Source: an uncultured Oligoflexia bacterium (GTDB lineage Bacteria > Bdellovibrionota > UBA1018 > UBA923). Taken from it: 54,761 bases of DNA. Location of the stretch: positions 69,407 through 124,167 of the forward strand of contig CAZYPH010000001.1 in NCBI GenBank assembly GCA_964649095.1. The letters are read 5' to 3'. Numbering within the stretch: position 1 is the stretch's first letter; the number at the start of each line of letters is the position of its first letter. Below the pieces are notes generated by a model. The model had not been told where the DNA came from. It saw only the letters and a program-made list of their open reading frames with translations, and made no database searches. Position numbers and translations under genes: made by a program. Shown piece after piece: positions 37,083 to 45,964 of this stretch.

Positions 37083-39527
37083 CTATAGATTAGGAATAGT
37101 TGGAATACCGCCCGCGCCGCCTGTACCAGGATTGGTTGGGTTCACAGGAGGTGGTGGCGCTGTAACAGCCGGCCCTGAAGCCCCAGGCACACTTATTACA
37201 GGCGGCGTTACTTGTCCGCCAAAACCAATTTGCCCTGCCGCAGAATACGCATACTGTTGATAAATTTGGGCATAACGTGTTTGAAGTTCGGTTGCCTGGG
37301 CGTTGAGCTGCTGCATTTGTTCGGAATAATACGCCGTGCGACGCTGCTGATCTTGTACGGCCGCCATTTGGGCTAGGTAATATTGCTGAGATTGCTGCCA
37401 GCCCTGTTGCATCATTGGATTCATGGGGTTCATGCCACCGTTCACAAAACCAGCCCCGCCGACACCGTAACCTGGCATTCCAGGGAAGTTATTGTAGGCA
37501 CCAGGGAAACCGTTCATACCGATGGGCATACCGCCGGGGAACGTACCCACTGGACCACCAGGGAACGTGCCGGGCCAACCGCCAGCGTTAAAACCGCCGG
37601 GCATCATGCCAGGGAAGCCGGCACCTGGGAAACCAGCGCCGGGAAATCCGGCTCCGGGGAATCCCGCACCTGGGAAACCTACTCCGACGCCGCCGGGTAT
37701 CATAGGCATGCCTGGGTACCCGCCCCCGATGGCTCCGGGGAAACCTCCGTTAAAACCAGCACCAACCCCCGGGAAGCCGCCATTAAAACCACCGGGCATT
37801 ACGCCGGGGAACCCTGCGCCCGGGAAACCAGCTCCAGGAAAACCACCGTTGAAACCAGCGTTAAAACCTCCGGGCATCATGCCAGGGAAGCCCGCGCCCG
37901 GGAAACCAGCTCCAGGAAAACCACCGTTGAAACCGGCATTAAAACCACCGGGCATCATTCCAGGAAAACCGCCGTTAAAACCGGCGCCCATCATACCGGG
38001 CATCATACCTGGGAAGCCGCCATTAAAGCCTGCGCCCATCATTCCAGGAATGCCGCCACCCATCATGCTGGGCATACCCATATAGGCGCCCGCCATGGGG
38101 TAGCCGCCCATCGGAAAGCCGTTAAAACCTGGAGTACCGCCACCGGTAAAATACGGCATGGAGTTCCATGGGCCCGCTACTAGGCCGCCGCCCGCACCGG
38201 GAAACAAACCGCCATTAGGGAACATGCCAGGAAGGCCCACGCCGATGCCACCCGTCCAGCCAAACTGCCCAGCACCGCCATAGGGGTTTAGAGGCATTCC
38301 AAGGCCTGACAAACCACCCAGCATGCCGGGACCACCATAGCCCCCCATCATGGGGCCGCCCAAACCAAAACCGCCACCCACACCGGGGAATACGCCTGGC
38401 ATACCGCCATAGAGGCCGCCCATCATACCTGGGAACATGCCGTTGTAACCAAACGGCGACCCCGTGACGCCCATCCCGGGATATCCCACTCCACCAATGT
38501 ACAGGCCACCGCCAAAACCACCGCCGCCACCCAAGGCGCCCATGAGGCCGCCAAGACCACCCATCATAGCAGCACTTAGGCCGCTACCATACTGGCCCCC
38601 CATCGCACCCATGGGGTTTGGTGGAAAATACGGCACACCCTCAGCGATCGAGTTCTGCATGTATTGGTTGTACGAATTTGTATAATTTTGTTGGGCCGTC
38701 TGAAAATTGCGGTAGCCCAAGTACGAATTAAGGCCACCTAAAATCATCGACCCACCCAAACCGATACCTTGCATAACGCGCTCGAAAGTCGATGGCTGGC
38801 GCGGGGTCAACTGGATGCCATACACGTCTTGAATACGCTGCAACTCGGTAGTGGTGCGTTCTCGCGCCGCACAATCGGGACAGTTCGTATTGACTTCTTC
38901 TAATTCGGTTTCAAGCGATGTGATGCGCTCGGTAGCTTCTTCTAACTCGGATTCGATTTCGCGGATGCGGGCCTGCTTCGCGCGGATTTGAACTTGGTTG
39001 TCGACTTTGTAACAGCGCATGATGTCGGCGCGTGTATCAGCGCCCTGTGCCAAATCGAGACAAGGTTGTTTCTGAAAAATCTTTAAACAAATATCAGCCT
39101 GAGAAGGTGATCCCACATAACATAAATTACCTCGAGAGCCGGGTGGCGTTCCAGACACTGCTGATGCAGGTGAAGGAGACGGGTCCTCTTTACATTCACT
39201 GCCGGTCACAGGCTCCATATTACAAAGACGCGCATGTCTTTGACAGGCATCAACGTTACAATCGGTCTGCTCGCCAACAGGGGCGGTAGCGGATTGTAGT
39301 CGTCGAACCTCACGTTGTAGCCTCGATTTTTCTTGGCGTAAGTTGGTTTGGCTTTGGCGTGTTTCGCGCATCTCGCGATTGACGCGTCGGTATTCGGTAA
39401 GATTCGTAGCGTGCGCCGTCAGCGGCACTACTAAAAACAGCAACGCTGCTCGAAAAGTAGCTGCCATGGCCAATCTATAACGATCGGCATTTGTATTGTG
39501 TGGTTTAGTCTCGGTATGATTTTTCAT
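37083..39527 (-). CDS. 814-aa secreted protein: signal peptide, coiled-coil/Cys-containing N-terminal third, ~430-aa uncharged Gly/Pro/Met/Phe-rich repeat region, Gln-rich coiled C-terminus
   Basis: Signal-like AALLFLVVPLTAHA. Heptad-like LRQEKSRLQREVRRLQ and IESELEEATERITSLETELEE. Repeats GFPGAGFPGAGFPGMMPGGFNAGFNGG. I found no D/E/K/R between about aa 297 and 725. Confidence 0.8.
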   Translation of the reverse strand: MKNHTETKPHNTNADRYRLAMAATFRAALLFLVVPLTAHATNLTEYRRVNREMRETRQSQTNLRQEKSRLQREVRRLQSATAPVGEQTDCNVDACQRHARLCNMEPVTGSECKEDPSPSPASAVSGTPPGSRGNLCYVGSPSQADICLKIFQKQPCLDLAQGADTRADIMRCYKVDNQVQIRAKQARIREIESELEEATERITSLETELEEVNTNCPDCAARERTTTELQRIQDVYGIQLTPRQPSTFERVMQGIGLGGSMILGGLNSYLGYRNFQTAQQNYTNSYNQYMQNSIAEGVPYFPPNPMGAMGGQYGSGLSAAMMGGLGGLMGALGGGGGFGGGLYIGGVGYPGMGVTGSPFGYNGMFPGMMGGLYGGMPGVFPGVGGGFGLGGPMMGGYGGPGMLGGLSGLGMPLNPYGGAGQFGWTGGIGVGLPGMFPNGGLFPGAGGGLVAGPWNSMPYFTGGGTPGFNGFPMGGYPMAGAYMGMPSMMGGGIPGMMGAGFNGGFPGMMPGMMGAGFNGGFPGMMPGGFNAGFNGGFPGAGFPGAGFPGMMPGGFNAGFNGGFPGAGFPGAGFPGVMPGGFNGGFPGVGAGFNGGFPGAIGGGYPGMPMIPGGVGVGFPGAGFPGAGFPGAGFPGAGFPGMMPGGFNAGGWPGTFPGGPVGTFPGGMPIGMNGFPGAYNNFPGMPGYGVGGAGFVNGGMNPMNPMMQQGWQQSQQYYLAQMAAVQDQQRRTAYYSEQMQQLNAQATELQTRYAQIYQQYAYSAAGQIGFGGQVTPPVISVPGASGPAVTAPPPPVNPTNPGTGGAGGIPTIPNL
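37816..37971. repeat. Tandem 78-bp (26-codon) repeat inside the Gly-rich gene, with more degenerate copies on both sides
   Basis: Units start at 37816 and 37894 (GCGCCCGGGAAACCAGCTCCAGGAAAACCACCGTTGAAACC...), roughly 90% identical by eye. They encode GFPGMMPGGFNAGFNGGFPGAGFPGA. Confidence 0.8.
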
Positions 39528-39774
39528 CTTAAAACGTCCTTATTTTAAGCAGGCGTATCAACGTTAATTGTGAACCAAGTTTACAAAATTAGCGAGAGGA
39601 GAAGCGGCGGAGCCAAAACACACTTTCACGCCACTAGGTATTTTTTTCGCATCGCGCTGAACCTAACCAAACCTCGTCGCACAAAAGATTTAATATATTT
39701 AAAAGCCGGAATATGCATTTTTCTAAATATTAATAGCCGTTTCAAATTAATAAACTTTCTCGTATTGTGAAAAC

Positions 39775-41493
39775 GTGTCAGCACAGCGGCAAAAAATTCC
39801 TAGTACGTTCTCGACTCAAGCGTATAAACGGCTTTATTCGTTTAATCAGCATCCCCTCAAACAGTTTTGCGAACATCCCGACGACGCGCGGGCCAGCATT
39901 GTTGCCGAATTGATGCAGACGTACCCGCAAGATTCCCACGCGAATATCGTTTTTGATTTTATAAAAGCCGAGTCCGCACGATTGAAGCGCCCCAATGACC
40001 CACTGCGCGATCAACTGGATGAGAGTTTTTTGGCCCTAGTAAAAGAAGCCGCTACCACGGCCAGCCGACGGCCCGAGGTCGGATCGCTGCCCAACGAAAC
40101 TCAGAATTTTACAGAGATTTTAGAACACATCATCCATTACCATTTAGATGAAGTACTTAGTAGTTTTAGTAAAAACGTGTATCGGTTAGCGACGAAAGTA
40201 GTGCCTAATATTTTACGCGGCGTTTTACGCACGGTATCCGTACAGCAGCTATCGAAAGACCTTTTTGTTTCAGAAAACTTAAGAAGTCGTGTGCAGATTT
40301 CTGGTTGCATCGATCGCGTGCGCCACCTCTCGACATTAGGCACTGTGGTGTTAGTACCCACCCACTATAGCAACCTCGACTCGTTATTGATCGGTTGGGC
40401 GCTCTATGAAATTGGCCTTCCGCCATTTGCGTACGGCGCTGGTTTAAATTTGTTTCGTAATCCGGTGTTTGGTTTTTTTATGAACAACTTGGGGGCGTAT
40501 AAAATTGATCGTAAAAAAACGCACCCACTGTACAAAGATATCATCCGTATTTTTTCACAAACAGCTATGGAACGCGGCTGTCATAGTTTGTTTTTTCCGG
40601 GTGGTGGGCGCTCTAGATCAGGCGCTATGGAGAGTCGTTTAAAATTAGGCCTCTTAGGATCAGCCGTCGACGCTGCCAATCGTAATGTTTTATCCGACGG
40701 CGCTAAAATTTTTATCGTGCCCTGCACGTTGTCGTACCACTCCGTCATTGAAGCGAAGTCTTTAATTGAATCGCACTTGCAATTGGCGCCCTCGATGCAA
40801 CGCAACTTTGCCGAACAAGATGCCGATGAATGGGGTAGCCTTACTAGTTTTATGCGTTTTGCTTGGAAGTTTTTCAAAGCCAACTCAACCATAAAAGTGC
40901 ACTTCGCCGAAGCCTTTGACGTTTTGGGCAACAGCGTGGACGACGCCGGCCAAAGTTATAGCCAAACGGGTGCGCCGGTTGATTACACATCGTATTTCAA
41001 AGGCCTCGGCACACACCAAAAACTAGCCCTGACCTTTGACGAACAGCGCAATCGTGAATACACGCGCCAGTTGGGCCTGCGTGTGATTGAAAGTTTTAAA
41101 CGCCATTCGATTCTGTTGAGTAGTCATTTTGTGGCGTATTCTTTTTTTGAGTGGCTACGAAAAGAAAAAAGCCACTCCGGCGACGACAAAACACTTTTAG
41201 GATTAGACCGCGTCGAAACTACGATGAGTGTTTCGGCCTTTTTGCCTTATTTTGCGGAACGCCTCGAACACCTGCGCCACCTACCCCATGCGCCTTTATT
41301 AGATGAGGTATTGGCCACAAGCTCCGCCGAAGACGCCCTACACCACGGCATACGACAACTCGGCATCTACCATATCAACCAACCCTTGGTGATTAATAAC
41401 AACACCCTCTACTCTGAAGATATGCATTTATTATTATATTATCGTAACCGTGCATTTGGTTATGGCATTGAGGGTGGGGAGAGGTGGATTTAG
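39775..41493 (+). CDS. PlsB-like glycerol-3-phosphate / lysophospholipid acyltransferase
   Basis: HX4D motif VPTHYSNLDSLL, GAYKIDRKK, FFPGGGRSRSG. GTG start. Confidence 0.7.
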   Translation: MSAQRQKIPSTFSTQAYKRLYSFNQHPLKQFCEHPDDARASIVAELMQTYPQDSHANIVFDFIKAESARLKRPNDPLRDQLDESFLALVKEAATTASRRPEVGSLPNETQNFTEILEHIIHYHLDEVLSSFSKNVYRLATKVVPNILRGVLRTVSVQQLSKDLFVSENLRSRVQISGCIDRVRHLSTLGTVVLVPTHYSNLDSLLIGWALYEIGLPPFAYGAGLNLFRNPVFGFFMNNLGAYKIDRKKTHPLYKDIIRIFSQTAMERGCHSLFFPGGGRSRSGAMESRLKLGLLGSAVDAANRNVLSDGAKIFIVPCTLSYHSVIEAKSLIESHLQLAPSMQRNFAEQDADEWGSLTSFMRFAWKFFKANSTIKVHFAEAFDVLGNSVDDAGQSYSQTGAPVDYTSYFKGLGTHQKLALTFDEQRNREYTRQLGLRVIESFKRHSILLSSHFVAYSFFEWLRKEKSHSGDDKTLLGLDRVETTMSVSAFLPYFAERLEHLRHLPHAPLLDEVLATSSAEDALHHGIRQLGIYHINQPLVINNNTLYSEDMHLLLYYRNRAFGYGIEGGERWI

Positions 41494-41511
41494 CGATCTC
41501 AAAACTCACTG

Positions 41512-42762
41512 CTATGGTTTTAGGATCAGCTTAGAATTCCGCTTTATCAATTTTGTATAATATTTTTGAATAGCGTAGACACTCGCGCATTCGCCATATT
41601 GATTCTTGAAGCGATCGATCGACTCTTCAACGGCCCCGGGTAACTTTCGTATTATGTCGCGAACAAGCTCCATATACGCCGCCGGACTGACCCTAGATAA
41701 CGAAAAAACTGCTTGCCAGTGAGATGGCAAAACAGTTCCTGAGTCAAACTGCCCTGCGACTGCCATCGCCAACTTATGACTGAGATTGGGGTAAAAACGC
41801 GTCGCTACCAAATCATAGAACGGCGCCAATCGCCATCGCCCCGCACTACTTCTTAAGAGGGACAGATTTTTAGCGTGGCCATCACAATTTCCGGTTAAGA
41901 CATTGAGAATTTGCCATTTTAAAATAGCATCGAGATCCTCAACTACCGAATCCGAGCGTTCTTCGATCAAACGACAACAGTCGATAAAACTCGGCCCGCC
42001 CTCAGTTTCATACTTGCGTTGATACGGAACCGCTAGGGCCTGACAAAAGTCCTCTTGATGGAGTCGACTCCACTGACCATTAATCTGTTGGCGGTCATAG
42101 CGGCCAACCACAAGAACAAAATTTTCACCTATTTTGACCAACTCAGCGTCGACTGTTGGAACCCCTAGTGCTGCGTACACTTGGGTTTGAATCCATTCAT
42201 TCTCAGGAACCCTCTGAAATCTGCGCGGGTTTGGTTTTAAGATATGCGTCGTAGGCTGGAAGCCTAAAGGTCGGTAGAAACGTTTGTGTTTATATATCAA
42301 TGGAAGTTTATTTTGGGCCCCTGCAAGAGAAAAACGTAGGCCACCCTTGAGCTGTAAACTCAAGATACCTGCGGAGTCATTCTTAAACCATGCCGCCAAC
42401 ATCGCAGTTGAAACTTCCTCTAAATCACTTTTTTCAGTCGAATCGTGCTCCTCATTTGTAATGACCAAAGCGCCCGCACAGTCGTGACCTATGCGCAGCA
42501 ACAACTCAAAATCATTGTCTACTGAAATGCCAAGCTTTTGACACAAAGCGCTTCGCGGATTGCCTTCTGGTAAAAGATTTCCAAAAAAAATTTGAGCCTC
42601 TCGGTGGTACACTCGAGAATCTTTCTTTAACGAGGCTGAAATCGCGAAACCCTCGTCAGAATCTAACCACTGCTGCGAGTACTGAAAACAAAACCCATCC
42701 TGCGTTTCATCTAGGACCCCAACCAGTTGGGGTGGAGACCAAACCCATAAGCGACGTTTCAC
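41512..42762 (-). CDS. hipA: Type II toxin HipA-family serine/threonine kinase
   Basis: DCAGAL, SLAGAQNKLPL, catalytic-loop NCDGHAKNLSL. 4-nt overlap with the upstream HTH gene. Confidence 0.9.
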   Translation of the reverse strand: MKRRLWVWSPPQLVGVLDETQDGFCFQYSQQWLDSDEGFAISASLKKDSRVYHREAQIFFGNLLPEGNPRSALCQKLGISVDNDFELLLRIGHDCAGALVITNEEHDSTEKSDLEEVSTAMLAAWFKNDSAGILSLQLKGGLRFSLAGAQNKLPLIYKHKRFYRPLGFQPTTHILKPNPRRFQRVPENEWIQTQVYAALGVPTVDAELVKIGENFVLVVGRYDRQQINGQWSRLHQEDFCQALAVPYQRKYETEGGPSFIDCCRLIEERSDSVVEDLDAILKWQILNVLTGNCDGHAKNLSLLRSSAGRWRLAPFYDLVATRFYPNLSHKLAMAVAGQFDSGTVLPSHWQAVFSLSRVSPAAYMELVRDIIRKLPGAVEESIDRFKNQYGECASVYAIQKYYTKLIKRNSKLILKP

Positions 42763-43061
42763 TCGACCACCCTAGGCACAATCTGGATAGCAAGGTTTAA
42801 TCGATGAATTACCTGCAATACTTTTCCTAAAGGAAACGAATCGCGTGAGCCGTTTTCTAATTGATATAAAAACCGACGACTCACTCCCGAACGCGCTGCT
42901 AACTCGGCTTGTGTCAGCTTGCGTTTGCGGCGTTCAAGCCGAATTTTTTCACCAAGCGCCTCAACACCACGAATAAAAGTCGCCTTGGAGGGGTCTGCCT
43001 TTATTTCATCGATTTGATCCATATATGGATCATTTTCATACAAACAACCGACCTTTGTCAA
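42759..43061 (-). CDS. hipB: HipB-like XRE-family HTH antitoxin
   Basis: LTQAELAARSGVSRRFLYQLENG. Alternative start at MDQIDE (43022). Confidence 0.8.
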   Translation of the reverse strand: MTKVGCLYENDPYMDQIDEIKADPSKATFIRGVEALGEKIRLERRKRKLTQAELAARSGVSRRFLYQLENGSRDSFPLGKVLQVIHRLNLAIQIVPRVVE

Positions 43062-43063
43062 AT

Positions 43064-43130
43064 TGATCTAGATATGGATCATATCAAACAAAACAAGACC
43101 ACTAAAGCCATATGATCTAGATATAGATCA
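43064..43130. promoter_or_regulatory. Two copies of an 18-bp operator-like box upstream of hipB
   Basis: TGATCTAGATATGGATCA (43064-43081) and TGATCTAGATATAGATCA (43113-43130), 49 bp centre to centre. Each has TGATC...GATCA dyad ends. Confidence 0.6.
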
Positions 43131-43226
43131 AAGTGTATTACTACGCCTCAAACTTAATGATTTCTAATGTTTAGACCTATAACATTTAGAAGAACCCCAC
43201 ATGAAACCCTTATTCCGGAGGCGCTG

Positions 43227-44006
43227 ATGCGCAAAATTTCTTCAAAGGTCGTGCTGGCCTTTTTTGTATCTGCAGTCGTTATTGTAGGTGCTTTTTTGTA
43301 TATACAGAAATTTAGATCTTCTAGGGAGTATGTATCGCCGCGGGTTGGTGATGTCGTTGAAACTATTTATGGCCTAGGCACGGTGACGGCCGATCAGGAA
43401 TACCACTTGCGTGTGGCGGTCACGTCAGAGGTTAGAAAACTTTTTGTGCAAGAGGGGCATACGGTCGCTAAAAACACACCTCTCATTCGACTCGACGACA
43501 ACACGTTTAAGTCGCCCTTAGATGGCGTCGTCACCCGCATCGCGTTTAAAGAAGGCGAACTTGTTGCACCGCAAGTGCCGGTTTTAACCGTTACGAATCT
43601 TGCACGCCTGTATCTGGAAGTTAGCCTCGAGCAACAATCCACGTTACGCGTAAAACGTGGGCAACCTGTTTATATTTCGTTCGAAAGCATGCGAAATGAA
43701 AAACTCACTGGTGAAGTGGCCACGATTTATCCGCGAGAAAATCAGTTCATTGTACGCGTCGAAATCAAAGACTGGCCCGCAATGAACATTCTGCCAGGCA
43801 TGACGGCCGACGTAGCTATCTTGGTGGGTGAAAAAAAACAAGTGCTACTTATCCCAGTTAAAAGCATTATCGCCGGTCAGGCGACACGACGTCGCGACGG
43901 TCGCAATGAAAAGATTCGTGTAAAACTAGGGTCTATGGATGGCGAATGGGCCGAAGTACTAAGTAATGATTTGCTACCAAGTGATCAGATACTAGTGAGG
44001 CACTAA
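43227..44006 (+). CDS. HlyD/MacA-type periplasmic adaptor (short form)
   Basis: N-terminal TM, lipoyl-like VRKLFVQEGHTVAKNTPLIRLDD...SPLDGVVTRIAFKEGELV. GGAGG lies 6 nt before ATG 43227. Confidence 0.8.
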   Translation: MRKISSKVVLAFFVSAVVIVGAFLYIQKFRSSREYVSPRVGDVVETIYGLGTVTADQEYHLRVAVTSEVRKLFVQEGHTVAKNTPLIRLDDNTFKSPLDGVVTRIAFKEGELVAPQVPVLTVTNLARLYLEVSLEQQSTLRVKRGQPVYISFESMRNEKLTGEVATIYPRENQFIVRVEIKDWPAMNILPGMTADVAILVGEKKQVLLIPVKSIIAGQATRRRDGRNEKIRVKLGSMDGEWAEVLSNDLLPSDQILVRH

Positions 44007-44007
44007 C

Positions 44008-45258
44008 ATGCTGTTTCTTGCCATTCGTCATTTGATCAGTCGAAAAAAACAGTCGTTATTAACGTTTGCAGGCATCGTTCTAGGCACCGCGGCGTATGTC
44101 GCGATTTCGGGTATGATGTTAGGCTTTCAAACGTTTATTTTAGACCAACTTGTAAACAACGACTCACACCTGCGCATTCAAGCGCGTGAAGAGATTCTCA
44201 CCACTCAAGTTTTAAACGACGCGCTCTTTGAAAAAGACACGGTGATTTCGTGGCTCCGCCCACCCTCAGGACGTAAAGACAATTCGTTTATATTGGCGCC
44301 GCAACAATGGATTGATCGTTTGAACAACGACGATCGCATTTTAGCCGCATCGCCACAGCTTATCATTCAAGGCATTGCAACCTATGGCGCGCAAACAGTT
44401 GCGGTGAGTCTGGTCGGCTCAGAACCTGAAAAACAAAAACGTGTTTCCAATATTGAATCGTACATGCTTCAGGGCAAGTTCTCGGACATTGGCAACACCG
44501 GCAACCGCGTCATCATTGGCAGTGAACTCGCGCAAAGACTGGGCATTAACGTGGGCTCAAATATTCTCTTGAGTTCGGGCAAACAAGTGCCCCAGCCTTT
44601 TAAAGTCGTGGGTCTTTTTCGCTTAGGCGTCAAAACACTGGATGAGACTAGAATTTTTGCAGCCCTCAAAGACACACAACAACTAAATCAAACACCAAGC
44701 CGCATCTCAGACATCGCGGTGCGATTGATCGATGTGAACTTAGCAAACGATCTGGCCACATCATTTAATTTGTATGCTCAAGAAAAAGTACAAAGTTGGG
44801 ATCAAGCCAACGAAGGCATTATGTCAGTCTTTAAAACTCAAGACATCGTCCGCAACGCCATGACGGTTTCGATTTTGATTGTCGCAGGGTTTAGCATCTA
44901 CAATATTTTAAGTTTAGCAGTAACGCATAAACGCCGAGAGATTGCGATACTAAGGTCAATAGGGTTTGAACCCTGGGACATCACTAAACTCTTTCTCATT
45001 CAAGGGGTGATCTTAGGTTTTTTCGGCGGATTACTAGGCGCGGCCCTTGGGCTTTTGATTTCGTACATTATGTCGAATATTGAAGTGTCTTCGAATCGAG
45101 GTTTAGGCGGAAACACCATGATGGTTTCGTTTAATGTTTGGATTTATATTAAAGCGTTTTTTCTTGCGCTGATTTCCTCGAGTTTTTCGGGATTTTTTCC
45201 GGCACGCGCGGCCGGGAGACTCGAGCCCATTGATATTATCCGTGGTGAAGATAGTTAG
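44008..45258 (+). CDS. ABC transporter permease, MacB/LolE (FtsX) type
   Basis: 416 aa: TM1, periplasmic domain, three C-terminal TMs. HKRREIAILRSIG motif. Confidence 0.8.
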   Translation: MLFLAIRHLISRKKQSLLTFAGIVLGTAAYVAISGMMLGFQTFILDQLVNNDSHLRIQAREEILTTQVLNDALFEKDTVISWLRPPSGRKDNSFILAPQQWIDRLNNDDRILAASPQLIIQGIATYGAQTVAVSLVGSEPEKQKRVSNIESYMLQGKFSDIGNTGNRVIIGSELAQRLGINVGSNILLSSGKQVPQPFKVVGLFRLGVKTLDETRIFAALKDTQQLNQTPSRISDIAVRLIDVNLANDLATSFNLYAQEKVQSWDQANEGIMSVFKTQDIVRNAMTVSILIVAGFSIYNILSLAVTHKRREIAILRSIGFEPWDITKLFLIQGVILGFFGGLLGAALGLLISYIMSNIEVSSNRGLGGNTMMVSFNVWIYIKAFFLALISSSFSGFFPARAAGRLEPIDIIRGEDS

Positions 45259-45296
45259 AAGACGTTTAAACAACGGGCTAATTGGGAAACAAATTT

Positions 45297-45959
45297 ATGT
45301 CGATCGAGATGATTCAAATTCGAAAAAGTTTTGGAGAACCGCCAACGCACGTACTGAAAGGCATTGATGGAAATATTCAAAATGGCGAGATGATTTCGAT
45401 TGCCGGGCGCTCAGGCTCGGGCAAAAGCACGCTACTTTATATTATTAGTAGCCTTGATCGCCCCACATCAGGCGAAGTGCGTGTGGATGGTATTTCGTTA
45501 GCGAGTTTAGATTCGACGCAATTGCACCAGTTTCGTAACCAAAAAATGGGTTTCGTATTTCAATTCCACCATCTATTGCCCGAGCTGACGGCTTTGGAAA
45601 ATATTTTGATGCCGACGCTTAAATCAGATAGCGATTTTGACTTTAAATCGCGCGCGCACGGTCTACTTAGTGAGTTCGGATTAGAAGACAAATGGAATCG
45701 CATTCCAAGCAAACTCTCTGGCGGCGAACAACAACGTGTTGCTATTGCACGGGCGCTGATCATGAACCCGCCGATCGTATTTGCCGATGAACCCACGGGC
45801 AACTTAGATTCGGTCAATGCTGAAATTGTGATGAAACTATTTTTACGCATCAATCAAGAGCGTGGCACGACGATCGTGTACGTGACGCACGACCATGAGT
45901 TTGCACGTATGGCGTCGCGACAGATACAACTTATTGATGGCGTTGTGGTGCATGGGTAA
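45297..45959 (+). CDS. ABC transporter ATP-binding protein (MacB/LolD-like)
   Basis: GRSGSGKST, LSGGEQQRVAIARA, VFADEPTGNLD. ATG 45297 is preferred over TTG 45282. Confidence 0.9.
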   Translation: MSIEMIQIRKSFGEPPTHVLKGIDGNIQNGEMISIAGRSGSGKSTLLYIISSLDRPTSGEVRVDGISLASLDSTQLHQFRNQKMGFVFQFHHLLPELTALENILMPTLKSDSDFDFKSRAHGLLSEFGLEDKWNRIPSKLSGGEQQRVAIARALIMNPPIVFADEPTGNLDSVNAEIVMKLFLRINQERGTTIVYVTHDHEFARMASRQIQLIDGVVVHG

Positions 45960-45964
45960 AAAGC

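Noticed and set aside
37383-38183. Long plus-strand ORFs (266 aa and 187 aa, Pro/Gly/Lys/Thr-rich) antisense to the Gly-rich gene
   Set aside because: They are mirror images of the GGN/CCN-rich repeats on the coding strand. They have no start context or non-repetitive flanks. The minus-strand frame has a signal peptide, structured termini and a downstream hairpin.
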